From Prorocentrum cordatum (lineage: Eukaryota): a DNA stretch of 64,000 nucleotides. The notes under the pieces are model-generated. The model had not been told where the DNA came from and made no database searches. It saw only the letters and a list, made by a program, of their open reading frames with translations. The stretch covers positions 558,001-622,000 of the forward strand of contig CAUYUJ010000259.1 in the NCBI GenBank assembly GCA_963575745.1, written 5' to 3'. A program made the position numbers and the translations under genes. The number at the start of each line of letters is the position of its first letter. Positions within the stretch are counted from its first letter, which is position 1. This document shows positions 26,765 to 39,300 of this stretch, one piece after another.

Positions 26765-27250
26765 TTCACTGATAGGGGGCGGGTCGTTTTTTTCAATGTT
26801 GTTTTTCTTTCGTTTCAGCGTCGCACACATTTTTTTTTTTTTTTTTTTTTGTTTTTTGTTTTTTTTCTTTTCCAAAGCAATTGTACGAACTGCACTGATT
26901 GCGAGCGGGTCGTTTTCAAAATGTGGGTTTCGCTTTAGCGCTGTGTGCATAGTTTGATTTTACTTGCAAGAGGTCCACGGATCCCCATGGTCGACGTACG
27001 AAACAATGCGCGTTGGAAAAATGTTGGATTATGAGGGCGCAACATGTACGTTGATTCGCGGTGTTGAAGTGTCAAGAACATTGTCTGGCATGACTCAGGA
27101 TCGTCAACACGCAACATTCAGATTGATTCGTGGCGTTGGAGTCCCGACAACATGTTTTGACATGCTTCAGGGTTTTCAAATGGATGTATTCCAACGACGC
27201 AGCTCCGTCAGTGAAGATGGCCCCGCTATGCGGCGAATGGAAAGGGAGTT
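26765..27250 (+). repeat. AT-richer dispersed repeat with ~60-bp internal periodicity (second copy 31480-32260)
   Basis: gcgggtcgttttcaaaatgtgg units and the tail ga.tcaggatcg..acacg.aaca.tcag...tcgtggcgttg are shared. Confidence 0.75.
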
Positions 27251-27589
27251 TTGGGGGACGGTTTATTCCAACATCGTGGAGGTTTGTTGGGTTTACACAG
27301 GTCCTCCTTCTCCTCCTCCCGCCCCCCCCCCCGTCCATGGATCGCGAGTTCGGAAAGAGCGTATTCTACCGTTGCTGGTGGAAAACCGAGGGGGGTCAGT
27401 GAGGGTTCCCAGCCCGTCTCCCCCCTTCGAAAACCGGGGGCGGTCAGTACCGGTTCGACCATCCCCCTCCCAATCCATCGCGAAACGGAGAGGGTCATTA
27501 CCGGTTCGAAACCCCCGTCTCCATCGAAACCGGGGGGGTCACTCACTACCGGTTCGAGCCCCCCCCCCTCACCGTCGGCAATCGATTTT

Positions 27590-28590
27590 CGCTCCTCGGG
27601 ACAGTTGGACAGTGGTGCGGATATTGGGACTGGTGGGAACGGCGGTGGTGGGGACAGTGGTGTGGAGACAATGGGACAGTGGTGCGGACAGGGGGGGGAC
27701 GGTGGTGGTGGTGGGGACAGCGGTGAGGGGGACAGCGGGACAGTGGTGTGGGGACAGTGGGACAGTGGTGGGGCCGGTAGTGGTGGGGACAGTGGTGAAG
27801 GCGGTGATGAGGACGGTGGTGAGACAGTAGTACAATGGGGAAAATGGTGGGGACACGGGGACAGTGGGACAGTGGTAGGGACAGTGGGGACACTCGGACA
27901 GCACAGTGGGACAATGGCGGGGACAGCGGGGACACTGGGACAGTGGTGGGAACAGTGGGGACAGTGGGACACCGTGGGGAAGGTGGGGAGGGAGAGTGGG
28001 ACCGTGGTGGGACAATGGTGGGGAGAGTGGGGACATTGAGACATTGGTGGGGGCACTGGTGGGGACAGTGAGAACAATGCTTGGAACAGTGGGGACAGTG
28101 GGACAGTGGGACAGTGGTGGGGACTGTTGGACAGCGGGGGGGACGGTGGTGGTGGGGACATCTGGTGTGGGGACAGTGGTAATGTGGTGGGGACAGTGGT
28201 GGGGACAGTGGTGGTGGGGACAGTGGTGAGGGCGGTGGCGAGGACGGTGGTAGGACAATGGGACAGAGGTACAGTGGGGACAGTGGCGGGGACAGTGGGG
28301 ACAGTGGTGGGAGCAGTGGGACAGCACAGTGGGACAGCGGCGGGGAGAGTGGGACAGTGGGACTGGGGACAGTGGGGACAGTGGGACAGTGGTGGGGACC
28401 GTGGGGAAAGTGGGGAGAGTGGGACCGTGATGGGAACAGTTGTGGGGACAGTGGGGACAGTGCGACAGCGGCGGGGGCACTGGTGGGGACAGAGGGGACG
28501 GCGGCGGGAACAGTGGGGACAGTGGTGGTGGGGACAGTGATGCTGGGGACAGCAGTGGGGGATATGGTGCGGACGGTGGTGGGGACCCGG
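27590..28590. repeat. GGGACAGTG-type minisatellite
   Basis: Direct inspection. Confidence 0.95.
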
Positions 28591-29403
28591 GAGTCGTTTG
28601 CCGGCGGTGAGAGTGGGGGGGTGGTTCGAACCAGTAGTGCCCCCCCCTGGTTTTCTGGAGGAGAGGGGGTTTTGAACCGGTAGTGACCCCCTCCGGTTTT
28701 TTTTGAGGGGGGTGGGGGGTCGAACCTCGGTTTTCCGGAAGGGGGGGGGGGAGGCGGGAGGGGTTAGGGGAGGGGGGGGGTTGCCGGGGGGGAAGGGGGG
28801 GGGGGGGGGAACCCCGGGTTCCGGAGGAAAATGTGGGGGATAATTTTCCATAGTAAAGCGGCGGTGGATCATGCTCTCTACTAGTTCGGGAGTGGGGGTC
28901 CTGGCTGGCGGTGGGGGTGCGTTGTGCTGTCCTCGCGCAAGAAAGGCATTTCGTCGCAGTGGGCAGATCCCGCCTTTGCAGCACGGCTTTCGGCTGTGGG
29001 TGGCCCGACCTCTTCCCGCCGCCACGGAGCAACCAGTTCCTGAAGAGGAGGAGGAGGAGGAGGAGGAGGTGGAGGAGGAGGAGGAGGGAGAGGAGGAGGA
29101 GGAGGAGGAGGAGGAGGAGGAGGAGGAGGAGGAGGTTGGATGAATGGGGCAGGAGGGCGGGGGATGCAGGGTCGGGTGCGGACTTGAGGTGGCGTGGCTC
29201 TTGGGCTTCTGGGCGGACTTGAGGTTGGTTCGCTGGGGCCCTCCACTGGCCCTTGGCGAACAGTTTCCCTCTGGACCTGCGTGCTTCATGCCTTTGCCTC
29301 GTACAGCCCCTCTCCTGCCCGTCTTTGCCATTTGAGCAGCTGGTTCGATGGCATGTGCCACCTGACCTGAGCGGACACCCCGAGGACCTCGTAGAGGTTA
29401 CTC

Positions 29404-29972
29404 ATGTTCACGCCAGCCTCTCTCGGCCATGGGCGCCGAGGAGCCTGCTGCCGGCGGGCGAGGTTCGAGGACGGCATCGACCGCTTCACGCTGAGGTTCG
29501 CAGACCCGATGCGGGAGGACGGCTTTGCTCACGCCCACAAGGCGCCCCTGTGCAACTACACGACGCTGGCTATGGTCGCCCTTGTCGCCTCCAGCTTCCT
29601 GGGTGGCCTGATCGCCCACAGGTTCTGGGACAACGCCCAGTACCCCACGGCGGAGGCGAGGGAGCTCAGCAGGTGGCAGCTGCGCATCGGCATGATGATG
29701 ACCACACCCTGCGCCCTCGCCCTCGGGTCTGGGATACTGCTGGCCAGGTATAATATCATCAGCACGCTTGGGTTAGAAATCATCGTCGTCTCTGCCAGCA
29801 CCTGCTACATGATAGTGATGGTCATCATCCCGAAGCACTACATGGCCCGACTCTTCGGCCACGGCGACCCCGAGGACATCTGGGGCGTGGACCTGGGCGG
29901 CACCGACGGCCAGACGGTACTGTACATCGACTGCGTGGTCACCGCCTTGCACCTGCTGCTGCCCATCCGCTG
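29404..29972 (+). CDS. Kinase gene exon 1 (N-terminus, TM helices)
   Basis: FTLRFADPMRE..., hydrophobic segments; GA donor at 29973. Confidence 0.8.
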
Positions 29973-30340
29973 GATGCCGGAAACTGGAACGTATACATTA
30001 CCAGTGGCGGGTTGTCTTTCAATCCCAGGATTTTTCGAGGGTCGTGGACGACGTCGGGGTGGTGTGGTGTATACTAGTTGTCCCGTTGTCCCGGGGAAAA
30101 CAACGCCAAAGGTATACACCAGGATCCCGCATACACCAGGATCCGTTCTCCTGTGCGAATCAATGCGGGGCCGGAAAAAGCGTCGGTGTACAGTTCGGCT
30201 CCTCAGGATGATCCTCTTCCCCATGGAGGTCATCGCCGTCCTGGCCTACACGGTGCCCGCGCTGCTGCTCGGCAGTCCTGCCATGAACATCCGAGGAAGA
30301 AACAACGGCATAGGCACAAACATTCGGAGGTCCGCTCCGA

Positions 30341-30398
<58 letters not shown>

Positions 30399-33300
30399 CC
30401 ATCACCATCACCATCAGCATCATCAGCATCATCATAAACATTATCAGCATCAGCAGCATCATCAGCATCAGCAGCATCATCAGCATCATCTTCATCATCA
30501 TCACCATCATCATCCCCATGATTATCACCATCATCATCCGCTCACCATTCCAATCCCTACGCCTGGCTATCATTCCAATCATCCTCCGCCTACATGCCCT
30601 TCCTGTGGATCGGCACTGTGCCTCCTGGCGCGCTCCGCGCGCCTCAGCAGGGGAGGTCCGGCGCCGACCTAAGAAACCCGCGTGGACCTTGGGAAGCTCA
30701 CGTTCGGCACTGTGCCTTCTGGCGCGCTCCGCGCGCCTGGGAGGGAAGGTCAGGCGCCGATCTAAGAAACCCGCGTGGACCTTGGGAAGCTCATGCTTCC
30801 CAAACCCCAGTCGCCATGATGTTTTGTTACGACCTCCACCCCCCAGTGTCGGGCCGGACGAGAGGGTCCGGACGAGAGAGCAGGATAGGGAAATCTTCCC
30901 TATCCGTCCTTTCGCACCTCCCCTCGAGGGGATAGGGACCTTCCCCTATCCTTATCCTGCCCTACTTCCCTATCCCACCCTTTTTCCCCACCCTACCCTT
31001 CCCCTACGAAATTTGCCCTGCAGGGCAAATATCGTACACCCCCCTCTGAGGGGGGTGGGGGGGGGGTCACTTGCTGCATGCAGCTGGCCTCGGCCCGGCC
31101 GCCGGGCCCACTCCTCGATAACATGGGCGCCCCTCTCGGCCCCAGGAGGCTCGAGGCGCTGGGGAGTCCAGCCACGGGTGTGCTGATCCCCCCTCTTGGA
31201 CGCCCCCCTCTTGGCCGCCCCCGATGCTGGTCGACCTAAACGGTGTGTTGGCGATTCCGTGGGCCGTAGTCGGTTTGACGACGTTTTCCAGCAGAGGCGG
31301 ATTGAAGAAAAAGCGAGGGAAAGCGACGACAACACTAAACCGAGAAACATTGTTTGCGTCGATCCCTGCTTCTGCTGCTGCTGCTCCTCCTCCTCCATGC
31401 CTTTCCCTTATGAGTACATATATATATATATATATATATACAGATCATCCCTGTCGCACCCCAGGGCCGGTCGAAAGGGCGGGCTGGGCGTTTCGCTTGA
31501 TACTTCCTCACCGTTTATGATCCTGCAGCTCAGAAATTGGCAACAGTTTCACAGATGGAGGGCGGGCCGCTTCAAAATCTGGCTCTCTCTTTCGCGCCGC
31601 GCACATCCGTTGTAAACACTTGCAAGAAGTTGAAAGATTGAGGGCAGGTCGTTTCCAAAATGTGGCTCTCGTTTCAGCGCCGCGCACATTCGTTTCAAAC
31701 ATTTCGCACACAAGTTTCACGGATTGAGGGCAAGTGGTTTTCAAAGTGTGGTTCTCGCCTCAGCGGCGCGCAAATTGGTTTGAGATAGTTGCACGAGTTC
31801 ATTGTGGTTCTCGCCTTGATGGCGCGATCATTCGTTTTGAATGTGCAAGAGGTTCACGGATTGAGCGCGGGTAGTTTTCAAACGATGGTTCTCGCTTTGG
31901 CGTTCCGCACATGGTTGTTTTACTTTTGCACCAGTATCACGGGTCGAGGGCGGTTTCTATTCAAAATTTGGTTTTCGCGTTAGTGCCGCGCACATACGTT
32001 CCAAATATTTGCAAGGGGTTAATCGGTTCTCAGAGTTGACGTACCAGGTATGGTGCGTTGTAAGGATTCCGGATTGTCAGGGCCCAGTATTTACGTTGTT
32101 CTAGGTGTTGAAATCCCAGGGGTGGTGTTTTGGTACGATTCAGGATCGCCTACACGTAACAGTCAGGTTAGCTCGTGGCGTTGAAGTTCTCAGAATGGTG
32201 TTTGGGCACGTTTCAGGACTTTCACACGCTTGTCCCCCAACGGGGCTCATCTTTCAGTGGAAATGAACCCTTGTAGGGGCCTGTGAAGAGTGAGCTAGCA
32301 GGGAGGGTGTATTCCAACATCGTTGCTGGGTCTTGAGTTTGCTCTTCTCCCCCCTCCTCCTGTTCGTCCTATCTCGTGTGCCTCGGCTTGTGAGGACCCC
32401 CCAGACGCTTGTGCCGTTCTTTTCTTCCTCCAACATGGTGCCCTACAATGTCATGGGGCTCTTCCGGTAGCAAACCGTGGGAGCCTGGTACACCCTCGTA
32501 CTCCAGTCTGTTCAGTCCAGAGTGCACTGGCGCCGACTCGCGTCTGCCAATCGATGAGACAGCGCCGGTGCAGCGCCCATGGAGCGTCGACTCCGCATCG
32601 TATGAGCGCCGATTCGCACGAGCCAACAAGACATGGCGCGGGACACCCAGGCCAAGGTCCACAGGCATCCCAGGCCGCGGTTCACAGCATGAGCTTGCTT
32701 GTTGCAGGTCGGCCTGTGCGGTGTTCCCGGTCTGCCCAGCGACGCTCCGAACCGCGACGTCATCGGGTCACGAGGGATGGCTTGAGAGGGAAGGCGTGGG
32801 ACGGGGCCAGGACGAGGACAAGTCCGTTCAAGCGCGTTTCAGAACTCTCTCACAGCGTTCCATAGCGCTCGGAGCAAGCCGCGGCGCCCGAGACATCCTA
32901 CAAAGCCGCCAGATTTCAGAGATCCTCGATGAATCCCCACGCGATGTTAGATTCGTCCTGGCTTCGTCTCAGATGTCTTGCAAGGAAAAAACACATGCTA
33001 TGTCGGCCACGCGCAGATGGGGGTAGACGGGAGGGGGGGAGGCTTCTCATAACACTCCTACTTCTTGGAAGGCGCGGGCTTTATCTATAGATGTAAGGCA
33101 GGCATCTTCTAAGAAGCAGCCTCGTTCTAAGAAACAGCTTCCCTTCCCAGCCAGGAGCCAGATTAAGGGGAGCCAGTTAGAAATTGAGCCCCGCTGCCCA
33201 AAACATGGTCGGAATCACAAAAACAGGTCTGGCGTAGCTAGTGTTTTTCGGGTGACGGCAGTTCTGGTTTGGGCCAAGCGCCGGAGGCCTCGGGGAGAGC

Positions 33301-36300
33301 TCCCCGCGTGCGGAGGCGCACGCGGGCCGCGATCGCCAAGACGTCCCTTGGCGGGTGGGGGAGGAGGGAGAGGGAGGAGGAGGAGGGAGGAGGGAGGAGG
33401 AAGGGGAGGAGGAGAAGCGCGTAGAGGAGGAGGAGGAGGAGGAGGAGGAGGAGGAGGAGGAGGGAGGAGGTGGAGGAGGAGGAGGAGGAGGAGGAGGAGG
33501 AGGGGAGGAGGAGGAGGGGGAGGAGGGTTGGCAGTCCCCCGGTACACATCGCTAGACCAGGTCCCACCCAAGAGCCAGTCCTGCCAACGCCCGACCCCGA
33601 GCGCGCCGCCGGAGACGGCTTGGGAGGCTCCCACGGGTTGCCGCAGAAGGCTCCTGCTGCTCACGGTCTTCGCGGCCATAGGGCGGCGGTCCTTCGAGAG
33701 GCAGGAGCCCAGTGTCGTGTAACCCATCCCCATCCCCATCCCCATCCCCATCCCCACCATCCCCACCACCCCAGATATGCGCCTCGAAGCTCGAAGGGAA
33801 CAGCCGATGACCCCATCAAGGGAGATAAATCGGCCAGTGGTGCCCAGGCCACGCCCGTGGGGATAGTCTAGGCCTTCTAGATGGGGTCGGAGTAGATGGG
33901 GTCGGAGGATCGCGCCGCATCGGCGATACATCGCCGATGCGGCTCGATGCGGAGCCCGATTTCTCCACCGACGTCGCCGATGCGTCGCCGACTTCGGCGA
34001 TGCATCGTCGGTGCATCGCCGATGCATCGCCGATGCATCGCTGATGCATCGCCGATGTATCGCCGATGCAGCGCGATCCTCCGACCCCATCTACTCCGAT
34101 CCAATCTAGGAGGCCTCTAGATAGGGATCGGTTAAACGATGCTCAGGAGCGCCTGCTGTTCGCGGGGCTCCTGCTGGAGAAGCAGATGCGTTTCCAGGCC
34201 GAGTTCGAGCTGTCGAAGCTGGGGAAGCTGGGCAGCCGCGAGGCGCGGAGGAGGAGCAGCTTCCAGAGGAGGAGGGGGCTCCCAGACTTCGAACCGCCAA
34301 AGGACTTTCGTTTTGGTCCCCCCCCCTTGTTCTCTTCGGCGGTGACTGGGACTGGTCCTAAAACCTCCTCCTCCCTCCCTCCCTCCCTCCCTCCCTCCCT
34401 TACTCCCTCCCTCAGTCCCTCCCTCCCTCCCCCCCCCTCCCTCCCTCCCCCTCTCCCGTGTTTCTGGCACCGAGGTTTGCTGCCGCAATCCTGGGTAGCC
34501 GTCCCGCCCCCACAAGAGGAGGCAGACTGGTGGTCTGAGGGAGTCGAGGTTTTCGAAGATAACTGCTTCGGCGTGGGCTCTCCGTTGGCCCCCCTGTGCC
34601 TTTTCGGGGACGCGAGCGGGGGCGAAGATACTTCCGATCCCAGGCTCCGCAGAGTAGGGTGTGGAATTGCACAGTATTCTGACATTTCAGATAATATGCA
34701 GCTTGTTGCTTCTGTTTGGGGAGGCCTCCCTGGGCCCGTCCAGACAGTTGCCAGGGGTGAACTTTTCAGTTTCTTATCAGCGCTGATCGGTGCTGATGGT
34801 GTCACGCTCTATACCACAGATAATTCCAGTGTGTGCTCAGGATGGTATTGCGGGCGGGCCTTCGCCCCAGAGGGGGAGAACGCGGACCTTTGGTATCAGG
34901 TAGGTCAGGTGCTCAGACGAAAACCGACCTTATCCTGCACGGTCCTTTTTGTTCACTCCCACCAGGAGGCCCGAGACGTACTCCAGGGTAAAGCACCTCT
35001 GTATTTGACGGTAGGTAATGCAGCTGCTGATAAGTTGGCCGAGGCAGCGGCTCGTTTAGTACGCATCCCAGCCTCTGATAGATCGAAGGTTTTCTTGAAT
35101 GAGAAGATGGCTTTCGCCGTCCGCATGCGTATTTTACTGGCCACAGTCGAGACTTTAAAAGCCGAGGCCGCCCTGGCGGCCGAAGAGCCCCGAGGAACCC
35201 GTGTCAGGAATCCAGGGCCCAGGCCATTAGCGCCTCTGGTTTGTAAAGAGTTTTCGACCCTGCATACGCTGTCTGAAAACGGTCTTTCTTGTTTGAAGTG
35301 TAGGAGCTCCACCACTAAAGGTATGCGCAAGTTTTGGTTGGAAACCCCATGCTTTGACCTGAGGGCTATAGATGGCGTTTTGCTCAGACCGCCCCCCCGT
35401 TGCAGGGTGCACATCTGTGGGGGGTGGGCTGACGACAGTCACACATTACAGTTTCACGCTGGGCTGGGGATTTGGTTCTGTGGCACTTGTGGAAGTTTTG
35501 CGGCCCAACAGTTGGCCCAACTCGGAAAGAAGTGCGACGGCAGAGCCACAGGTAATCGTGCTGATTATTTAAAGAATATTGAACGGGGGATCTGGCCTAA
35601 AGCTTATAGCAAAGCTGACAAGGCCAGAAGAGCGGCTCGTTCTCTTTAATCGTCATCGTAACCGACACAGTCGCAATATCCGTAACTCCGTAACTCCCTC
35701 CCCCTTTCCCTCCCTCCATCTCCTCCTCCTCCTCCTCCTCCTCCTCTTTCCTCCTCTTTCCTCCTCCTTCTCCCCCCACATCTGGGGCCATGGCGGTCGT
35801 CTGCTTGCAGACTGCAGCCGCCAGGGCTTTTTTGATGATGGTCCATCAATCCCTCCTCCTCCTCCTCCTCCTCCTTCTGGACTTCTCCCCCCTAAGGAAT
35901 GGCATGAGAAGAAGATGGAGGAGGAGGAGGAGGAGGAGCAGGAGGAGGAGGAGGAGGGAAGGAGGAACAGGAGGAAGAGGAGGAGGAGGAAGGAGGAGAA
36001 GCAGGAGGAAGAGGAGGAGGAAGGAAGGGGATGAGGAGGAGGATAAGCCGCGGAACAAAATAATTAGCTACCACCTATTGTTGGGAACCCAGTCCTTCGA
36101 CAAGGCAGCCGGAATAATGTTAATTGTTTATCCTCTATTTGGGGGGGGGGTCAAGATAATTTTTCAGGGGTAGTCAAAGGATGAAAGGGCTCCCACACAG
36201 CTTCTTGTCGTTCTTTATCATGTTGGTGGGGCCTTCTGGGAGGCCGTCGTCGCCACCGCTGGATGCGCCCCACAGTTCTGGTCAGAGCGCAACCTTGGAG

Positions 36301-39300
36301 CTGTCCTGTGAGTGGGGGTATCGGTAGCTCCTGGCTTCCGCAGACATGCTCGCGCCGTGGAAAACAACAGCCAGGCGCGAGGTGTCTGACCGGGTTCGGC
36401 ATCCAGGGGCCTTCGCAGGACCTCGGGACGGTCAGCGAAAGCGACTCGCGATGAAGCGCCGGTCACGGACACGGGGTCGGGATTTCTGGGGACCGCGCAC
36501 TGCAAGCACCAGGACGTTGCATGCCTGGTGTGCCGATGTCGCTGCTCGTTCTGGAGAGGCCCCGTCTCCAGGCCCTCAAATGGGGTTGAAGCAGACGAGG
36601 TCTTCGGATCGCGCCGCATCGCCAAGGCATCGGCGATGCGGCGCCGATGCATCGCCGACGTCGCCGATGCATCGCCGACGTATGGGCGACGTGTCGGCGA
36701 TACGGCGCGTTCCTCGGACCTCATCCTCTCGGATCCCCTTTGGGATGTCTCCACCGTCGCCGTGGCCGTCCTCCCTCCCAGGTCCTGCCCAGAGCGCACC
36801 CGGTGGCAGAGGGTCCGGGGAGCAGCGGGGTGCGTCGGCACCGACGTGGTTTCCCCCAAAGAAGGCCGCGGTGGTGTCGGACCGCGGCTCCGACGAGGTG
36901 TCGTGCCCGGGGACGACCATCCGGGTGTTGTTCGGGGTTTCGGGGGCGGCAAAGAGGGGGGTGATGAGTAGGGGTGGGTGAATAGCATGGCACGGGCCAT
37001 GGTATTTCCCCAGATTTCATGGCGCCTCTTCTTATTTCAATACGTCCCTGGCCACCCCCCTGGGCCGCGCACATGCCGCCGGCCATGATTTGCGCCCCTC
37101 CCCCTCTTGGACGCCCCCCTCTTGGCCGCCCCCGAGCATTGTCTTTACCAGCCTGGAGCAAATCCCTATCCCTATGGTTGGTATCATCTTACCTCGATGC
37201 CGATCTTGAGGAGTCCCTCAGTTTCTGATGGCGCATACCTATGATTATGATTTTCCAACCTACTTTAGCTTTGATCACCAGAAAGAATTTCGGGCACCGG
37301 AAAAGTACCGAAACTCTAGTGTGTTCGCCTTTCGGGCCCTGGGAGACGCTCGTCCGACGTTGTTTCGACATTGTTTCGACACTTTCTTGGGTGCTCGAAA
37401 TTCTTTCTGGGATGTGGTCCTTAAGTACGATGGGAGCAACATCACCTTCTGATTGGTATCATCTTTCCTCGATGCCGATCTGAAGGATTCCATCAGTTTC
37501 TGAGGGCGCATCCCTCACATGGTCTACATGGTCTTTGGCTTGTCAGTCTCAGGGGTAAGGATATGTTCGGGGCTGGTTACTGTCCTGGTCAAGGGTGCCC
37601 CTGGTTTTTGGCTCTCTTTTGAAGCTCTCGGCTCTCAGGGCCTTCTTGGTTGGTGGCCTCCAAACGGTGTGATTACCAATCCGTTTGGGAAGTCAGTGGA
37701 GCTTCGGGGTCACAACACGAATTTGGGAAGCGGGGTGTTCTCCGAGGATGTCTCGGGCGGTTGGGGCCCCCAGAGTCCCAAGACCGTGCGGTGACGGACC
37801 GCGCGGTGAGGACGTTGGAGATTCCGAGATCGCCACGCGGTCCGCCACCACACGATTTTGGGACGCCCCATATTGGCCTCGTGAGGGGTGCGTTGGAGGC
37901 CATCTGGGCATCTATGGGGATCCTGGGGACACCTTTGGGCCAGGACCACTCCAAGCAACGCCCGAGCCATGAGCGCGGCGGCCTTCGACGGTGGCGCGGG
38001 GCATGCGTCCCTGGACCAGATCCGCTCCATAGGCCAGCGGGAGCACTGGCTCATCTCGGAGGAGAAAACATGCATACACATATACTTTCGGAGCTCCGCT
38101 ACCCGTCCCTCGTTTTTCGCTCCTTCGGTGCCTCATGGTATGCCCTCGTCGCCGCGGCACGATTCGCCTCGAAATCCTGGTCCAAGGGCACCCAAGGAGA
38201 GTCCCGCAGAGTACCAGTATCAGTACCAGCCTCGGATCGGCGCTGGGGCCCCCCTTGGCGGCGCCTCCGTCTCGCCCTCGGTGCGGTCCCCGCGTGCCAA
38301 AGGAGGGGTGGCCCAGCGCCGACCCGAGAGATCCAGCGCGCAGCTCCGAGAGTGTATGTTTGTGCCATGGTTTGTTCCTCCATCATCGGCAGCGGGGAGG
38401 TGGAGCTCTTGGCTGACAGGGTCCTGGGCGTCGGCGGCTTCGGCATCGTCGCCGCTGGCCTGTACCACAACACCCTCGTGGCGGTGAAGGCGCCGAAGCA
38501 GGACATCCTGAGGCTGGCCCGACCAAAACGTTGCTCTGGCAATGTCGTGGATAGCTTCCGTCTACTTGCTCTTTCCGCTCTGGGGCACCCCATTTGCCAG
38601 CCAAGACTTGGGAGTTGCGCCAAAGCGCTCGGCAACCGGTCGGACCGTTTTCGTCCTCGAACGCCCCGAACACGCAAACGGGACGCACGCGAAAAGAGCG
38701 CCGGTTTGGTCGCCCCCCCGCGCGAGGCGGGGCGCCATGGGCTCGAGCCTGCCCGAGCTCTGCAACGAGCTGAGGGTCCTGCGGCGCATCCGCCATTGAT
38801 GGGCCTGTCCTCCACCACCACCACCATGAGTTGGAGGGGGGAAGAAGGAGGAGGAGGAGGACGACTAGGAGGAGGAGGAGGAGGTGGAGGAGGACCCCCT
38901 CCCCCCTCCAACTTGTGGTGGTGGTGGCAAACGGGCCCATCAGCCATCCCAACATCGCCTTCCTGTACGGGGCGTGCATGGACGCGGCCCTCAGCAAGCT
39001 GAGCCTGGTGCTCGAGTTCGTGGACGGCGTGCCCCTGGGCGCGTTCGTCAGCGGCATGCACCCGCACGCGGAGGGTCCAGAGGCCAGGGGCCCGCCGGCC
39101 AGCGCCTCCGCGCGGTGCCTCATCGTGTCCGACATCCTGAACGTGCTCCGCTACCTCCACTCGAGGCTCAAGCAGTGGCGAAGCGTCTCGGCTCGCCTAC
39201 AGGCCTACCAAAGGAACTGTTCTAAGACCCTTTTGTGGTCTCAGCGACGTGCTCTCAGAACATTTCTGGCTGGGAAAGGCTTGTTTTAGCACAGAAGGCT

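Noticed and set aside
27226..29361. 711-aa minus-strand ORF and overlapping ORFs
   Set aside because: Derived from the GGGACAGTG minisatellite and GAG runs.
30289..32434. U12-type AT-AC intron
   Set aside because: Lacks the ATATCCTT donor and a TCCTTAAC branch site; AT-AC may be a coincidence of the AACAT duplication.
34066..35649. 527-aa ORF as a single host protein or kinase-RNase H fusion
   Set aside because: Chance in-frame read-through from exon 5 across simple repeats into an intronic LINE fragment.
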